Below, in pieces: positions 17,798 through 26,963 of a stretch of 64,000 nt of DNA. Location: contig DIYR01000215.1 in NCBI GenBank assembly GCA_002429085.1, positions 2,647 through 66,646 of the forward strand, written 5' to 3'. Within the stretch, counting starts at the first letter, position 1. The number at the start of each line of letters is the position of its first letter. Below the pieces are notes generated by a model. It had not been told where the DNA came from and ran no database searches. It worked only from the letters and a program-made list of their open reading frames with translations. The translations under genes were made by a program, and so were the position numbers. Source of the stretch: Flavobacteriales bacterium UBA6049. Its GTDB lineage: Bacteria; Bacteroidota; Bacteroidia; Flavobacteriales_G; Salibacteraceae.

Positions 17798-18004
17798 ATG
17801 CCTATTGTAGTTAATCTAGATGTTATGCTTGCAAAACGAAAAATGCAATCAAAAGAGCTCGTTGAAATTCTAGGAATTACACCTGCCAACTTATCTATTC
17901 TAAAAACTGGTAAGGCCAAAGCAATTAGGTTTACAACTCTTGAAGCAATTTGCAAAGCATTGGAATGCCAACCTGGAGATATCTTAGAATATCGCATAGA
18001 ATAA
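17798..18004 (+). CDS. XRE-family HTH transcriptional regulator (YozG-like)
   Basis: MPIVVNLDVMLAKRKMQSKELVEILGITPANLSILKTGKAKAIRFTTLEAICKALECQPGDILEY is a classic short Cro/C1 HTH. Confidence 0.85.
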   Translation: MPIVVNLDVMLAKRKMQSKELVEILGITPANLSILKTGKAKAIRFTTLEAICKALECQPGDILEYRIE

Positions 18005-18208
18005 CCCTATTTATTGTCTGGTCACAACTCTTATTTTAAGATTCTTTTCAAGAAATCTCTGATCTGAGCTATTCCACCGCCTTAAACCATCTTCTTGTTA
18101 CCTTGCAAGTTGATCTATCAAGAACCTCTTTTAAGAAGCGGTTTTAACTCTTTTGGTGTTTTCAGAAGATCTTAATTGAAGAAAACCTCATAGCTAGTAG
18201 CAATTAAT

Positions 18209-19999
18209 ATGGTAATTGAAAAGCCCGACAATTTGGTTGATTTGTTTGAACAAGCAACCGATCAGTATCACTCAAAGCCTCTATTTGGAACCAGAAATTT
18301 ATCTACTAATACGTTCGACTGGATAACCTATGGCGATGTAAGAAAACGTGTTGATGATTTTAGAGGGGGCTTAGCTTCTTTAGGAATTTCAAAAGGCGAT
18401 GCTATTGGCATAATAGCCAACAATCGTACCGAATGGGCAATTGCCGCTTTTGCGACATATGGCCGCGGTGGTCGATTTATACCAATGTACGAAAATGAAA
18501 CATTTCATACTTGGCAGTACATTATTAAAGACGCCAATATTCGTTTTTTACTAGTTTCATCTCAAGATATTTATGACAAGGTTCAGTCTCTTCTAAATGA
18601 GATAGAATCTTTGGAATTCATTTACATCATAGACGATACAGGATCGAAAAGCATGTCGCACCTAGAAAAAATAGGTAGTCAAAATCCTGTAGATTCTATT
18701 AAACCAAACGTAAACGATATTGCAGCTTTAATATACACCTCTGGTACTACCAGTGATCCGAAAGGAGTGCTATTAACACATGGTAATTTTGTTTCTAATG
18801 CTAGAGCTGGTAACCGCAAATTTAAAGGTGTTTTAAATGAAGAATCGGTTAGTTTATCCATCCTTCCGTGGGCACATAGCTACGGACAAACGGCTGAATT
18901 ATACAACTGGTTTATGACTGGTGGAAAAATAGGTTTTATGCATAGCCTAGATACTTTAGCCGAAGATTTTTTGCAAGTGAAGCCAACTTTTTTGATTGCC
19001 GTACCGCGTATTTTCAATCGAATTTATACCGGTATTCATGAGCGAATGCAAGAGGAAGGGGGTGTGAAACAAAAGCTATTTAACATGGCAGTAGAAGCAG
19101 CCAGATTAACAAGGGAACAAAATGGTAATGTGGGCCTTTCAACCAAGATTAAACTGGCATTAGGTAGAAAACTAGTATTCTCTAAAATACAAGAACGATT
19201 TGGGGGGCGTTTGTTTGGCAGTATTACAGGTAGTGCTATGATGAATGAGGACATTGCCAACTTCTACAGTGATATTGGTATACCAGTATACAATTGCTAT
19301 GGCTTAAGTGAAACTTCTCCTGCTATATCAATGAATAGTCCCGAAGAAAATAAACCGAGCTCTGTTGGTAAACCGTTAGAATTCATTCAAGCCAGAATTG
19401 ATACCAGCATGATTGAAGATGATAGTGAAGATGGCGAAATTCAAGTTATGGGTCCAAATCTTATGGTTGGCTATCATAACAAACCAGAAATTACGAAACA
19501 GACATTTACGGAAGATGGCTGGCTTAAAACTGGAGACCGTGGCAGAATAGACGAAGACGGCTATATATATATTACTGGAAGACTAAAAGAGCAATACAAA
19601 CTAGAAAATGGTAAGTATGTTTTTCCTTCTGCCATAGAAGAAGACATTACTCTTTTACCATACATAGAAATGGCAATGGTGTATGGCGAGGGGAAACCTT
19701 ATAATGTATGCTTAGCAGTTCCAGACAAGGCTATTTTACAAAAAACAGCCAACAAGTTGAATGTAAAAACTGAGATTGATAAATTGATCTTATCTCCGGT
19801 TGTGCAGGAATTTATGAGTAATGAAATTAAAGCCAGCTTGAAGGAAAAGTATGGAGGTTACGAAATACCAAAGAAGTTCATCTTTATTGATGAGTTATTT
19901 ACTGTTGATAACGGTATGCTAACACAAACCTTAAAACTAAAGCGCAGAAACGTATTAGATAAATATTCAGATCAAATTGCGCAGTTATACCAGAGCTAA
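18209..19999 (+). CDS. Long-chain fatty acid-CoA ligase (AMP-dependent synthetase)
   Basis: AMP-binding motif YTSGTTSDPKGV, plus GYGLSE-like (CYGLSETS) and TGD motifs. Confidence 0.85.
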   Translation: MVIEKPDNLVDLFEQATDQYHSKPLFGTRNLSTNTFDWITYGDVRKRVDDFRGGLASLGISKGDAIGIIANNRTEWAIAAFATYGRGGRFIPMYENETFHTWQYIIKDANIRFLLVSSQDIYDKVQSLLNEIESLEFIYIIDDTGSKSMSHLEKIGSQNPVDSIKPNVNDIAALIYTSGTTSDPKGVLLTHGNFVSNARAGNRKFKGVLNEESVSLSILPWAHSYGQTAELYNWFMTGGKIGFMHSLDTLAEDFLQVKPTFLIAVPRIFNRIYTGIHERMQEEGGVKQKLFNMAVEAARLTREQNGNVGLSTKIKLALGRKLVFSKIQERFGGRLFGSITGSAMMNEDIANFYSDIGIPVYNCYGLSETSPAISMNSPEENKPSSVGKPLEFIQARIDTSMIEDDSEDGEIQVMGPNLMVGYHNKPEITKQTFTEDGWLKTGDRGRIDEDGYIYITGRLKEQYKLENGKYVFPSAIEEDITLLPYIEMAMVYGEGKPYNVCLAVPDKAILQKTANKLNVKTEIDKLILSPVVQEFMSNEIKASLKEKYGGYEIPKKFIFIDELFTVDNGMLTQTLKLKRRNVLDKYSDQIAQLYQS

Positions 20000-20032
20000 T
20001 TGAGTAACCTTTTCAATTAAAAGACTAGTACT

Positions 20033-20078
20033 AAACAAACAGTTACCACTTTCAAAAATGGTAGCTGTTTGTTTTTAT
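20033..20078 (+). terminator. Rho-independent terminator
   Basis: AAACAAACAGTTACCA, a 10-nt loop, then TGGTAGCTGTTTGTTT followed by TT. The stem is 16 bp with one G:U pair. Confidence 0.7.
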
Positions 20079-20097
20079 AGAAGAGTGCATGAAATGC

Positions 20098-20913
20098 TTA
20101 ATCCGCAATCTTAGCTATCGGGAAATTTAAGTTCTCATAATCTGTCAGTTCCATTTTAATACTACCAACAAGCACATTGGCTTTACAAAGAATTGGAACT
20201 TTATTTTCATCATCGCTAATGTATACCGTTAAGTCTTCTGGGTCATTAAAAATTCTTCCTGGCTGCACTAATGGTTGAAATTTCAAACACTTAAATGTCC
20301 CATTTCTAACCTCAATAGTTTCCTTACCTAAGTATCTAATTTTTAAAGGCTCTAATTCCTCATCAACTACTGCTTGCAGTACAATAACATCTCCTATGTT
20401 GTATGCCTCAATATCTAGTGTTCTTGCAAAGTAATATGCGCTCAACATATCCTGAACGCCATAGGGGATATCCATAATGGTGTTCTTATGAGTGTGCATT
20501 TGATTAGAATCGTGTTTAAATACATACTGTTGCTGGAACTCGTATCCGCCTTCGCTAACATCTCTTTTAAAAAGGTACGGATGCACTAATTCTGCATCAA
20601 TATAACTCTCATACGTATCGCGTACTTTAAAGAACCAATCAAATGCCCCCTTGCTTTTTCCTTTTCCAACTACATGAAGTACATCTCTTCCTTCAAACTG
20701 ATGGTTTTCGTTCTTTACCTCAATTGTAGCTATTCCAGCATCAATAAATCCGTAGTGTACGGTGTACTCTAGCTTCTCGCCTTTTTTGAATACTTCATAA
20801 TCCACTCTGTGTAATTCGCTTAAGCGATTTTCAACACTATCGATAAAGTCGTTTTGTGCATTCATGCTGGTGAGCACGAATAAAAAACTGAAGAAAAATC
20901 CTATCCGTTTCAT
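20098..20913 (-). CDS. DUF3108-like secreted protein
   Basis: ATG at 20913 gives the signal peptide MKRIGFFFSFLFVLTSMNAQ. GEKLEYTVHYGFIDAG and FDWFFKVRD resemble the family as I recall it. The longer track ORF would overlap rsmI. Confidence 0.65.
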   Translation of the reverse strand: MKRIGFFFSFLFVLTSMNAQNDFIDSVENRLSELHRVDYEVFKKGEKLEYTVHYGFIDAGIATIEVKNENHQFEGRDVLHVVGKGKSKGAFDWFFKVRDTYESYIDAELVHPYLFKRDVSEGGYEFQQQYVFKHDSNQMHTHKNTIMDIPYGVQDMLSAYYFARTLDIEAYNIGDVIVLQAVVDEELEPLKIRYLGKETIEVRNGTFKCLKFQPLVQPGRIFNDPEDLTVYISDDENKVPILCKANVLVGSIKMELTDYENLNFPIAKIAD

Positions 20914-20959
20914 AAGCTCTGAGTTTGAGCCTATGTATTCAAGCATTGTGCCAGAGTGC

Positions 20960-21664
20960 TTATGTAGCTGACAACTCATTGATATCAAGCACTGTTTTAG
21001 CGCCAGCTATGATAAGAACAAACTCTCCTTTTGGTGGATTATTTTCAAAGTGTTTCAGCAAATTTTCTGCTGTATTGGTTAATGATTCTGCATGTAACTT
21101 ACTAATCTCTCTCGAGATGGATAGTACCCTATCCGCTCCGCAAAATTCAACCAATTGGTTTAAAGTTTTTACAATCCGATGGGGCGATTCGTAGCAAACC
21201 GTAGTTCGTTCTTCTTGAGCAAGTGATTGAAACAAGGTTTGTCTTCCCTTTTTATGAGGTATGAATCCTAAGTATTGAAATTGATCGCAAGGAATACCGG
21301 ATTGTACCAATGCAGGTACAAACGCAGTTGCTCCAGGTAAGCATTCCACTTCTATTCCTGCTTGTACACAAGCCCTAGACAATAAATAACCAGGATCTGA
21401 AATAGCAGGAGTGCCAGCATCACTTACCAAAGCATAAGTAGAGCCACTCTTCAACTGATCTACAATTGCTTCTGTGGCTCTATGTTCATTGTGTAAATGA
21501 TAACTCCTAGCTGAAGTATTAATCTCAAAGTGCTTGAGCAATTTAGCCGTTTGACGAGTATCTTCTGCTAAAATTAAATCGACAGACTTGAGTACGTCTA
21601 CTGCTCTAAAAGTCATGTCTTGCAGATTGCCTATTGGCGTAGGAACAACAAACAGCTTACCCAT
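20960..21664 (-). CDS. rsmI: 16S rRNA (cytidine1402-2'-O)-methyltransferase
   Basis: LFVVPTPIGNLQDMT, AEDTR and SDAGTPAISDPG are tetrapyrrole-methylase-fold RsmI motifs. Confidence 0.9.
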   Translation of the reverse strand: MGKLFVVPTPIGNLQDMTFRAVDVLKSVDLILAEDTRQTAKLLKHFEINTSARSYHLHNEHRATEAIVDQLKSGSTYALVSDAGTPAISDPGYLLSRACVQAGIEVECLPGATAFVPALVQSGIPCDQFQYLGFIPHKKGRQTLFQSLAQEERTTVCYESPHRIVKTLNQLVEFCGADRVLSISREISKLHAESLTNTAENLLKHFENNPPKGEFVLIIAGAKTVLDINELSAT

Positions 21665-21668
21665 TCAC

Positions 21669-22100
21669 TTAGTTTTTCCAAGTCATCATCTCTTCGATAA
21701 TGGCCAATCTTTCTTTTCCTTCTTCAATTAGGGCAATTACCTTATTGACTGTTTCTTCAATGTTTACAGGTTCAAATCCCAATCCAACACCAAAGCTCAT
21801 GCACATGCGGAATTCGTTTGAATCGATCTCCCCATCTACCATCATCATTTCAACTAGGTTAAAAAGTTGAGTACATCGGTCTTCGATGTTGGCTGGCGGA
21901 TTGAACGCAATGCTACTACTGTTATCAATAATAGATTCCAATTCTTCTCTCGTGATGTAATACTTCTTTGAGATCTTGAATAAGTTATCTAATTCAATTT
22001 TGTCTAGAATACCATCTGCCATAGCAACAGAAAGTAGATTCTTAAAGTGACTTCTTACTTTTTTCTTGTCGTTAGACTCAAATGCTTTGTGGAGTTCCAT
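21669..22100 (-). CDS. TerB-like (tellurite resistance TerB family) protein
   Basis: Two repeats of a D-G-x-(L/I)-D-x-x-E helix pattern (MADGILDKIE, MVDGEIDSNE). Confidence 0.6.
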   Translation of the reverse strand: MELHKAFESNDKKKVRSHFKNLLSVAMADGILDKIELDNLFKISKKYYITREELESIIDNSSSIAFNPPANIEDRCTQLFNLVEMMMVDGEIDSNEFRMCMSFGVGLGFEPVNIEETVNKVIALIEEGKERLAIIEEMMTWKN

Positions 22101-22151
22101 AATTGGATGATTGATTTTTTAATTGATTGTACGCTAGAATGCCTCAGTAAG

Positions 22152-23066
22152 TTACATAAATCTTCGTTCTACTAACTCTTGAAACTCTAACACAGTTTCT
22201 CCTTCTAAGTTCCAATGATATTGAGGTGCTACCTGAATTTCAAGGTATCGTTTCGCATCTTCAAAACTTTCCATGTGATTGATTTCGTTGATCGCACGAT
22301 TGAAAGCTTCCATGTTTCCATTGAATAACTCATTTGAAAATAAGAATCGTTGATTTAATCCTATTGATGCTTTTAAATCGGTAATCGGAGATTTTTTCAA
22401 TCTGTTTGCTAGTGAATTATCTTCTTGCTTTAATTGCTCATTCCTATCAACCACAGGTTCCGCTGTAGTTGCCGTAACTTTTTCATCTACTACAAGCTCT
22501 TCAACTTGTACTATTTGCTCCTCAACCTCTCTTGCAATTTCTTCAACCTCACCCTCAATCTTTGAAGTAACTTTCTCAGCCTCCTGAACAATCTCTTCTA
22601 TTGCAACTTCAGGTTCACTTACCGTTTCCTCAGCAGGTTTTTCAAAAGGTTCTTCTATCTCATGTACTACTTCTGGTTCTTGACTTTGAATTATTTCAGG
22701 TGTTTCCGGCTCAGTTTCTATTTCGTCTTGAACAGGAAGTGGTTCCTCAACAGCAATTTCTTCTGCATCTTCAGCAATCGATTCTTCAAATTCCTCTACG
22801 ATACGCATTACCGGAATAGTTGGTTCTTCTTTTTCCTGTTCAGCAAGATTTTTCTCTTCTGTTTCACGTTCAACAATTACTTCAGAATCTTCTGGAATTG
22901 TCATCATGAACTTTAGTACCACAATAGCATCGTTCACTTCTTTCCAATCTGCTTCTAACTGACTTAAAGAGTGTTCGCTCAATTCTTGATTCTTCACTTC
23001 ATGAAAACGATCTTGAAATGCTTGAATTTTTGCGTCTAAAAGTCTTGCTAATTCTTCTGTACTCAT
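22152..23066 (-). CDS. Highly acidic Glu-rich protein with a conserved C-terminal domain
   Basis: ATG at 23066 (MSTEELARLL). The TTG at 23105 falls inside a -7 box. The central 150 aa or so are E/V/P-rich low complexity. Confidence 0.6.
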   Translation of the reverse strand: MSTEELARLLDAKIQAFQDRFHEVKNQELSEHSLSQLEADWKEVNDAIVVLKFMMTIPEDSEVIVERETEEKNLAEQEKEEPTIPVMRIVEEFEESIAEDAEEIAVEEPLPVQDEIETEPETPEIIQSQEPEVVHEIEEPFEKPAEETVSEPEVAIEEIVQEAEKVTSKIEGEVEEIAREVEEQIVQVEELVVDEKVTATTAEPVVDRNEQLKQEDNSLANRLKKSPITDLKASIGLNQRFLFSNELFNGNMEAFNRAINEINHMESFEDAKRYLEIQVAPQYHWNLEGETVLEFQELVERRFM

Positions 23067-23102
23067 TGATATCCGTGTGTTTTGTGACTCTGTGAACCCG
23101 AG

Positions 23103-23110
23103 CAAATTTA
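23103..23110 (-). promoter_or_regulatory. -7 promoter box TAAATTTG
   Basis: Perfect TAnnTTTG on the minus strand, 36 nt upstream of the ATG at 23066. Confidence 0.4.
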
Positions 23111-23112
23111 AT

Positions 23113-23120
23113 TAGATTTG
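23113..23120 (+). promoter_or_regulatory. -7 promoter box TAGATTTG
   Basis: Perfect TAnnTTTG, 31 nt upstream of the tdk ATG. Confidence 0.4.
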
Positions 23121-23151
23121 CTTGCCTTAGGCGACAATCTCTCAATTCAAT

Positions 23152-23736
23152 ATGTTCTTAGAAGATACGGTTAATCACTCCCAACGAAAAGGATGGATCG
23201 AAATTATATGTGGCAGCATGTTTTCTGGTAAAACAGAAGAACTTATTCGCAGATTAAAACGTGCACAATTTGCCAAGCAGCGAGTTGAGATTTTTAAACC
23301 GCAAGTAGATACTCGATATGACGATGAAGAGGTTGTATCGCATGATGCTAATAGAATTCATTCAACTCCAGTTCCCGCTGCTAGTAACATACCATTGTTA
23401 GCAGATCAAGTAGATGTTGTTGGAATTGATGAAGCTCAATTCTTCGACATGGAATTGGTTGCCGTATGTAATAAACTTGCCAACCGTGGTGCTCGTGTTA
23501 TTATAGCTGGGTTAGATATGGACTTTTTAGGAAAACCTTTCGGTCCAATTCCTCATCTAATGGCAACAGCAGAATATGTTACCAAAGTGCATGCTGTATG
23601 CGTAAAATGTGGAAATCTAGCCAATCATTCTCATCGTAAAACTGATGACACAGGGTTGGTAGTTTTGGGAGAGAAAGACGAATACGAACCGCTTTGTAGA
23701 AGCTGTTTTCATCAAGCCCAACAACTAAGCTCTTAA
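23152..23736 (+). CDS. tdk: Thymidine kinase
   Basis: P-loop [11 protein letters not shown], the DEAQFF motif, and the C-terminal zinc ribbon CxxC...CxxC. Confidence 0.92.
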   Translation: MFLEDTVNHSQRKGWIEIICGSMFSGKTEELIRRLKRAQFAKQRVEIFKPQVDTRYDDEEVVSHDANRIHSTPVPAASNIPLLADQVDVVGIDEAQFFDMELVAVCNKLANRGARVIIAGLDMDFLGKPFGPIPHLMATAEYVTKVHAVCVKCGNLANHSHRKTDDTGLVVLGEKDEYEPLCRSCFHQAQQLSS

Positions 23737-26208
23737 ATGACTCAGGTTTATGGCATAGAGACAATTGCATCGCACATTTCAGTGCGTTCATCCATCGCTT
23801 TTCCAAATGAAAAAGTCAGTTACTTATCCATTGATAGTAGAAAGCTTTTTCAAACAAATGGGGTATTGTTTTTTGCCATTGATGGTGACCGACATAATGG
23901 TCACCAATACATAAAGGCATTATTATCTAAAGGCGTTCGCAATTTTGTTGTTAGTGATGAATCTTGGCTTCAGTACGATGATGCAAATTACCTATTGGTT
24001 GATAACGTAGTAAAAGCCTTGCAACAAATAGCCTCATTGCATCGAAGTCAATTCAATTATCCCGTTCTGGCTGTTACTGGAAGTAATGGAAAAACTATTA
24101 CCAAAGAGTGGTTGGCCCAATTGTTTATTGGCAAAAAAAATATCGTAAAAAGCCCAAGAAGTTTCAACTCACAAGTTGGTGTTCCTCTCTCTGTTTGGCA
24201 AATGAGCGCTAAAAATGAGTTAGCAATATTTGAAGCTGGTATTTCGAAACCAGGTGAAATGAAGCATTTGCAAAAAGTGATAGAACCTACCTTGGGTTTA
24301 TTCACAAATATTGGCGATGCGCATGGGGAGAACTTTGCCAATCTTCCCAATAAAGTAGATGAAAAAGCAGCACTGTTCGAATCTTGTGAAACATTGTTCT
24401 ATTGTGGAGATCATGAACTAATTCGATCAACATTAATTAAAGCTTATCCAGAAAAGAAACACATTTCATGGGGAAAGGGAGAAAGCAACACACTTCAGAT
24501 AACTTCGGTAGAGTCTGATTACGGTACAATCATTCAGGCTTGTTACAAAAACGAAAACATAGATTTTACACTTCCATACCGAGACAAGGCTTCTATTGAA
24601 AATGCATGCCATTGTATTCTGATTGGGTTAGAACTGGGGTTAGAAACATCATTCTTGCAAGATCGAATTGCCCAGTTAACACCAATTGCCATGCGGTTGG
24701 AAGTAAAAAAGGGAATTCACCAGTCTGTGATAATCAATGATGTATACAACGCAGATTTAGGTTCTCTTGAAATAGCACTTGAATCTTTAGATCAACATAC
24801 ACAGTATGATGAACGTACGTTGATTTTATCAGATGTAATGCAAACAGGTGTTGATTCAAGTACACTTGTTCAACGATTAAATCAGCTCATTGAGCAATTT
24901 CAAATAGATCAGTTTATTGGCATAGGCCCTGTGCTATTTGAGTTACGAGATCATATCCATTCTGCCAAAACATACTTTTTTGAATCTACCAAGGACTGCC
25001 TCTTAGGTCTTAGTTCAATTCCAGTTCGTAAACACGCTATTTTGGTGAAAGGCGCAAGGTCTTTCCAATTAGAAAAAGTAGTTGAACGATTAGAAGAACA
25101 AGTCCACGTAACTAGGTTAGAAATAGATTTCAATGCTTTAGCGAATAACCTGAACTATTTCAGATCACTTATTCAACCCAACACCAAATTAATGGCAATG
25201 GTAAAAGCATCTGCCTACGGTGGAGGAAGCATTCCTATTGCTAGACAACTAGCATTCCACCGAGTAGACTATTTGGCTGTTGCTTATGCTGATGAAGGAG
25301 TTGAGCTAAGAGAAGCAGGAATTGACCTTCCTATTATGGTCATGAGTCCAGAATCGAAAGGTTTTGATCAAATGATTCATTATCGATTAGAGCCTGAAAT
25401 ATTCAGTTTCCAGCACTTAGAAGCATTTAGAAGACAGTTAAAAGTAGCAAGTACTGAGGTTCAATCATATCCAGTGCACATCATGTTTGATACAGGCATG
25501 AAGCGTTTAGGGTTTGATGAAAGTGATATAGAAGCTTTAGCCTATGAGTTAAAGTCTGCACCGGAGTTGCATGTGGCCTCAGTTATGTCTCATTTAGCAG
25601 CAAGCGATGAAGTAGACCATGATGCTTTTACCAAACGACAAATTCAGCGTTTCAATGAAATGTACAGTTTCTTCACATCCATAATAGGTAAGAAACCAGA
25701 TCGACATATTCTGAATTCAGCGGGAATCTCTCGCCATCCCGAGGCCCAATTTGAAATGGTCCGTTTAGGTATTGGTATGTTTGGTATTCCAAGGACTAAC
25801 CAAGATGCTAGTCAGCTAATCCCAGTGGTCTCTTATCAAACAGAAGTTATACAAATCAAAGAAGTTCCTCCTGGCGAAAGTGTGGGGTATGGTCGCAGTG
25901 AAATAGCTTCGAAACGCATGAAAATAGCCACTTTAGCTATTGGTTATGCCGATGGTCTTTCTCGTGCTTTGGGTAATAGAAAAAGCCATGTGCTTATTCA
26001 GCAAGCAGAAGCCCCTATTGTTGGGAACGTTTGCATGGATATGTGTATGGTAGATATAACAGGCTTAGATGTTTCCATTGGAGATACGGTTGAGGTATTT
26101 GGCAAAAACCGATCGTTAGTTAATCTTGCAGAAGAATTAAATACGATTCCTTACGAAGTTTTGACTTCTGTATCTAATCGAGTTAAACGCGTTTATTTCC
26201 AAGAATGA
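23737..26208 (+). CDS. Bifunctional UDP-N-acetylmuramoyl-tripeptide--D-alanyl-D-alanine ligase (MurF) / alanine racemase (Alr)
   Basis: Mur ligase P-loop AVTGSNGKT in the N-terminal half. From about nt 25100 there are alanine racemase motifs, including the PLP-lysine segment MVKASAYGGG and C-terminal VSYGR-like GYGR. Confidence 0.85.
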   Translation: MTQVYGIETIASHISVRSSIAFPNEKVSYLSIDSRKLFQTNGVLFFAIDGDRHNGHQYIKALLSKGVRNFVVSDESWLQYDDANYLLVDNVVKALQQIASLHRSQFNYPVLAVTGSNGKTITKEWLAQLFIGKKNIVKSPRSFNSQVGVPLSVWQMSAKNELAIFEAGISKPGEMKHLQKVIEPTLGLFTNIGDAHGENFANLPNKVDEKAALFESCETLFYCGDHELIRSTLIKAYPEKKHISWGKGESNTLQITSVESDYGTIIQACYKNENIDFTLPYRDKASIENACHCILIGLELGLETSFLQDRIAQLTPIAMRLEVKKGIHQSVIINDVYNADLGSLEIALESLDQHTQYDERTLILSDVMQTGVDSSTLVQRLNQLIEQFQIDQFIGIGPVLFELRDHIHSAKTYFFESTKDCLLGLSSIPVRKHAILVKGARSFQLEKVVERLEEQVHVTRLEIDFNALANNLNYFRSLIQPNTKLMAMVKASAYGGGSIPIARQLAFHRVDYLAVAYADEGVELREAGIDLPIMVMSPESKGFDQMIHYRLEPEIFSFQHLEAFRRQLKVASTEVQSYPVHIMFDTGMKRLGFDESDIEALAYELKSAPELHVASVMSHLAASDEVDHDAFTKRQIQRFNEMYSFFTSIIGKKPDRHILNSAGISRHPEAQFEMVRLGIGMFGIPRTNQDASQLIPVVSYQTEVIQIKEVPPGESVGYGRSEIASKRMKIATLAIGYADGLSRALGNRKSHVLIQQAEAPIVGNVCMDMCMVDITGLDVSIGDTVEVFGKNRSLVNLAEELNTIPYEVLTSVSNRVKRVYFQE

Positions 26209-26963
26209 GTACGCCAATATCAGTGGTAATTATCACCTTTAACGAATCAAAGAACATTGCTCGTTGTATTCAATCTGTTCAAGCAATTGCAGATGATTTG
26301 GTAGTGGTTGATTCCTTCTCTACTGATGGCACACAGGAAATAGCTAAGAACCTTGGAGCACGTGTAATTGAACACCCATTCGAAGGTCATATCCAGCAAA
26401 AAAACTATGCTATCACTCAAGCAAAGTATCCGCACATACTTTCCTTAGATGCAGATGAAGAACTTAGTGAAGAGCTTACCAAAAGCATTCTGGCTGTAAA
26501 GCAAAATTGGATTGCAGATGGATACTCATTAAGTAGATTGACCAACTACTGTGGTAGTTGGATTAAACATGGAAATTGGTATCCAGATATCAAATTACGC
26601 TTGTGGGATTCTCGGAAAGGTAAATGGGGAGGGTTGAATCCACATGATAAGTATGAATTGGAATCTGGTAGTACAACTCAGCATTTGAATGGTGACTTGT
26701 TGCATTACAGCTTTTACACCTTCGAACAACACTTGAATCAAATTCACAAATTCACCGATATATCATCTCAAGCGGCTTTTGAAAAAGGGAAACGTGCTAC
26801 GGTACTAAATTTAATATTGAACCCTTTTGCCAAGTTCGTTGGTGGATACTTAGTAAAACTTGGTTTTTTAGATGGGACACCTGGTTTTAGAATAGCTTGG
26901 TACTCAGCCTACGCAACGTATTTAAAATATTCCAAACTCCTCAACATTCAACGTACATCATGA
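26205..26963 (+). CDS. Family 2 glycosyltransferase
   Basis: ISVVIITFNE...DSFSTDGT...LDADE is the GT-A fold DxD pattern. It overlaps both flanking genes by 4 nt. Confidence 0.85.
   Translation: MSTPISVVIITFNESKNIARCIQSVQAIADDLVVVDSFSTDGTQEIAKNLGARVIEHPFEGHIQQKNYAITQAKYPHILSLDADEELSEELTKSILAVKQNWIADGYSLSRLTNYCGSWIKHGNWYPDIKLRLWDSRKGKWGGLNPHDKYELESGSTTQHLNGDLLHYSFYTFEQHLNQIHKFTDISSQAAFEKGKRATVLNLILNPFAKFVGGYLVKLGFLDGTPGFRIAWYSAYATYLKYSKLLNIQRTS

Noticed and set aside
18005-18208. 204-bp untranslated region upstream of the acyl-CoA ligase gene as a riboswitch or leader
   Set aside because: I found only a weak imperfect hairpin (AGATTCTT-ttc-AAGAAATCT) and a BglII-centred partial palindrome. 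There was no recognisable riboswitch core, no terminator/antiterminator pair and no -7 box.
22601-22916. 72-aa and 84-aa plus-strand ORFs rich in Phe/Leu
   Set aside because: They are the reverse reading of the GAA/GAG-rich acidic tract of the minus-strand gene, where TTC and CTC codons appear. They are artefacts of low-complexity sequence.
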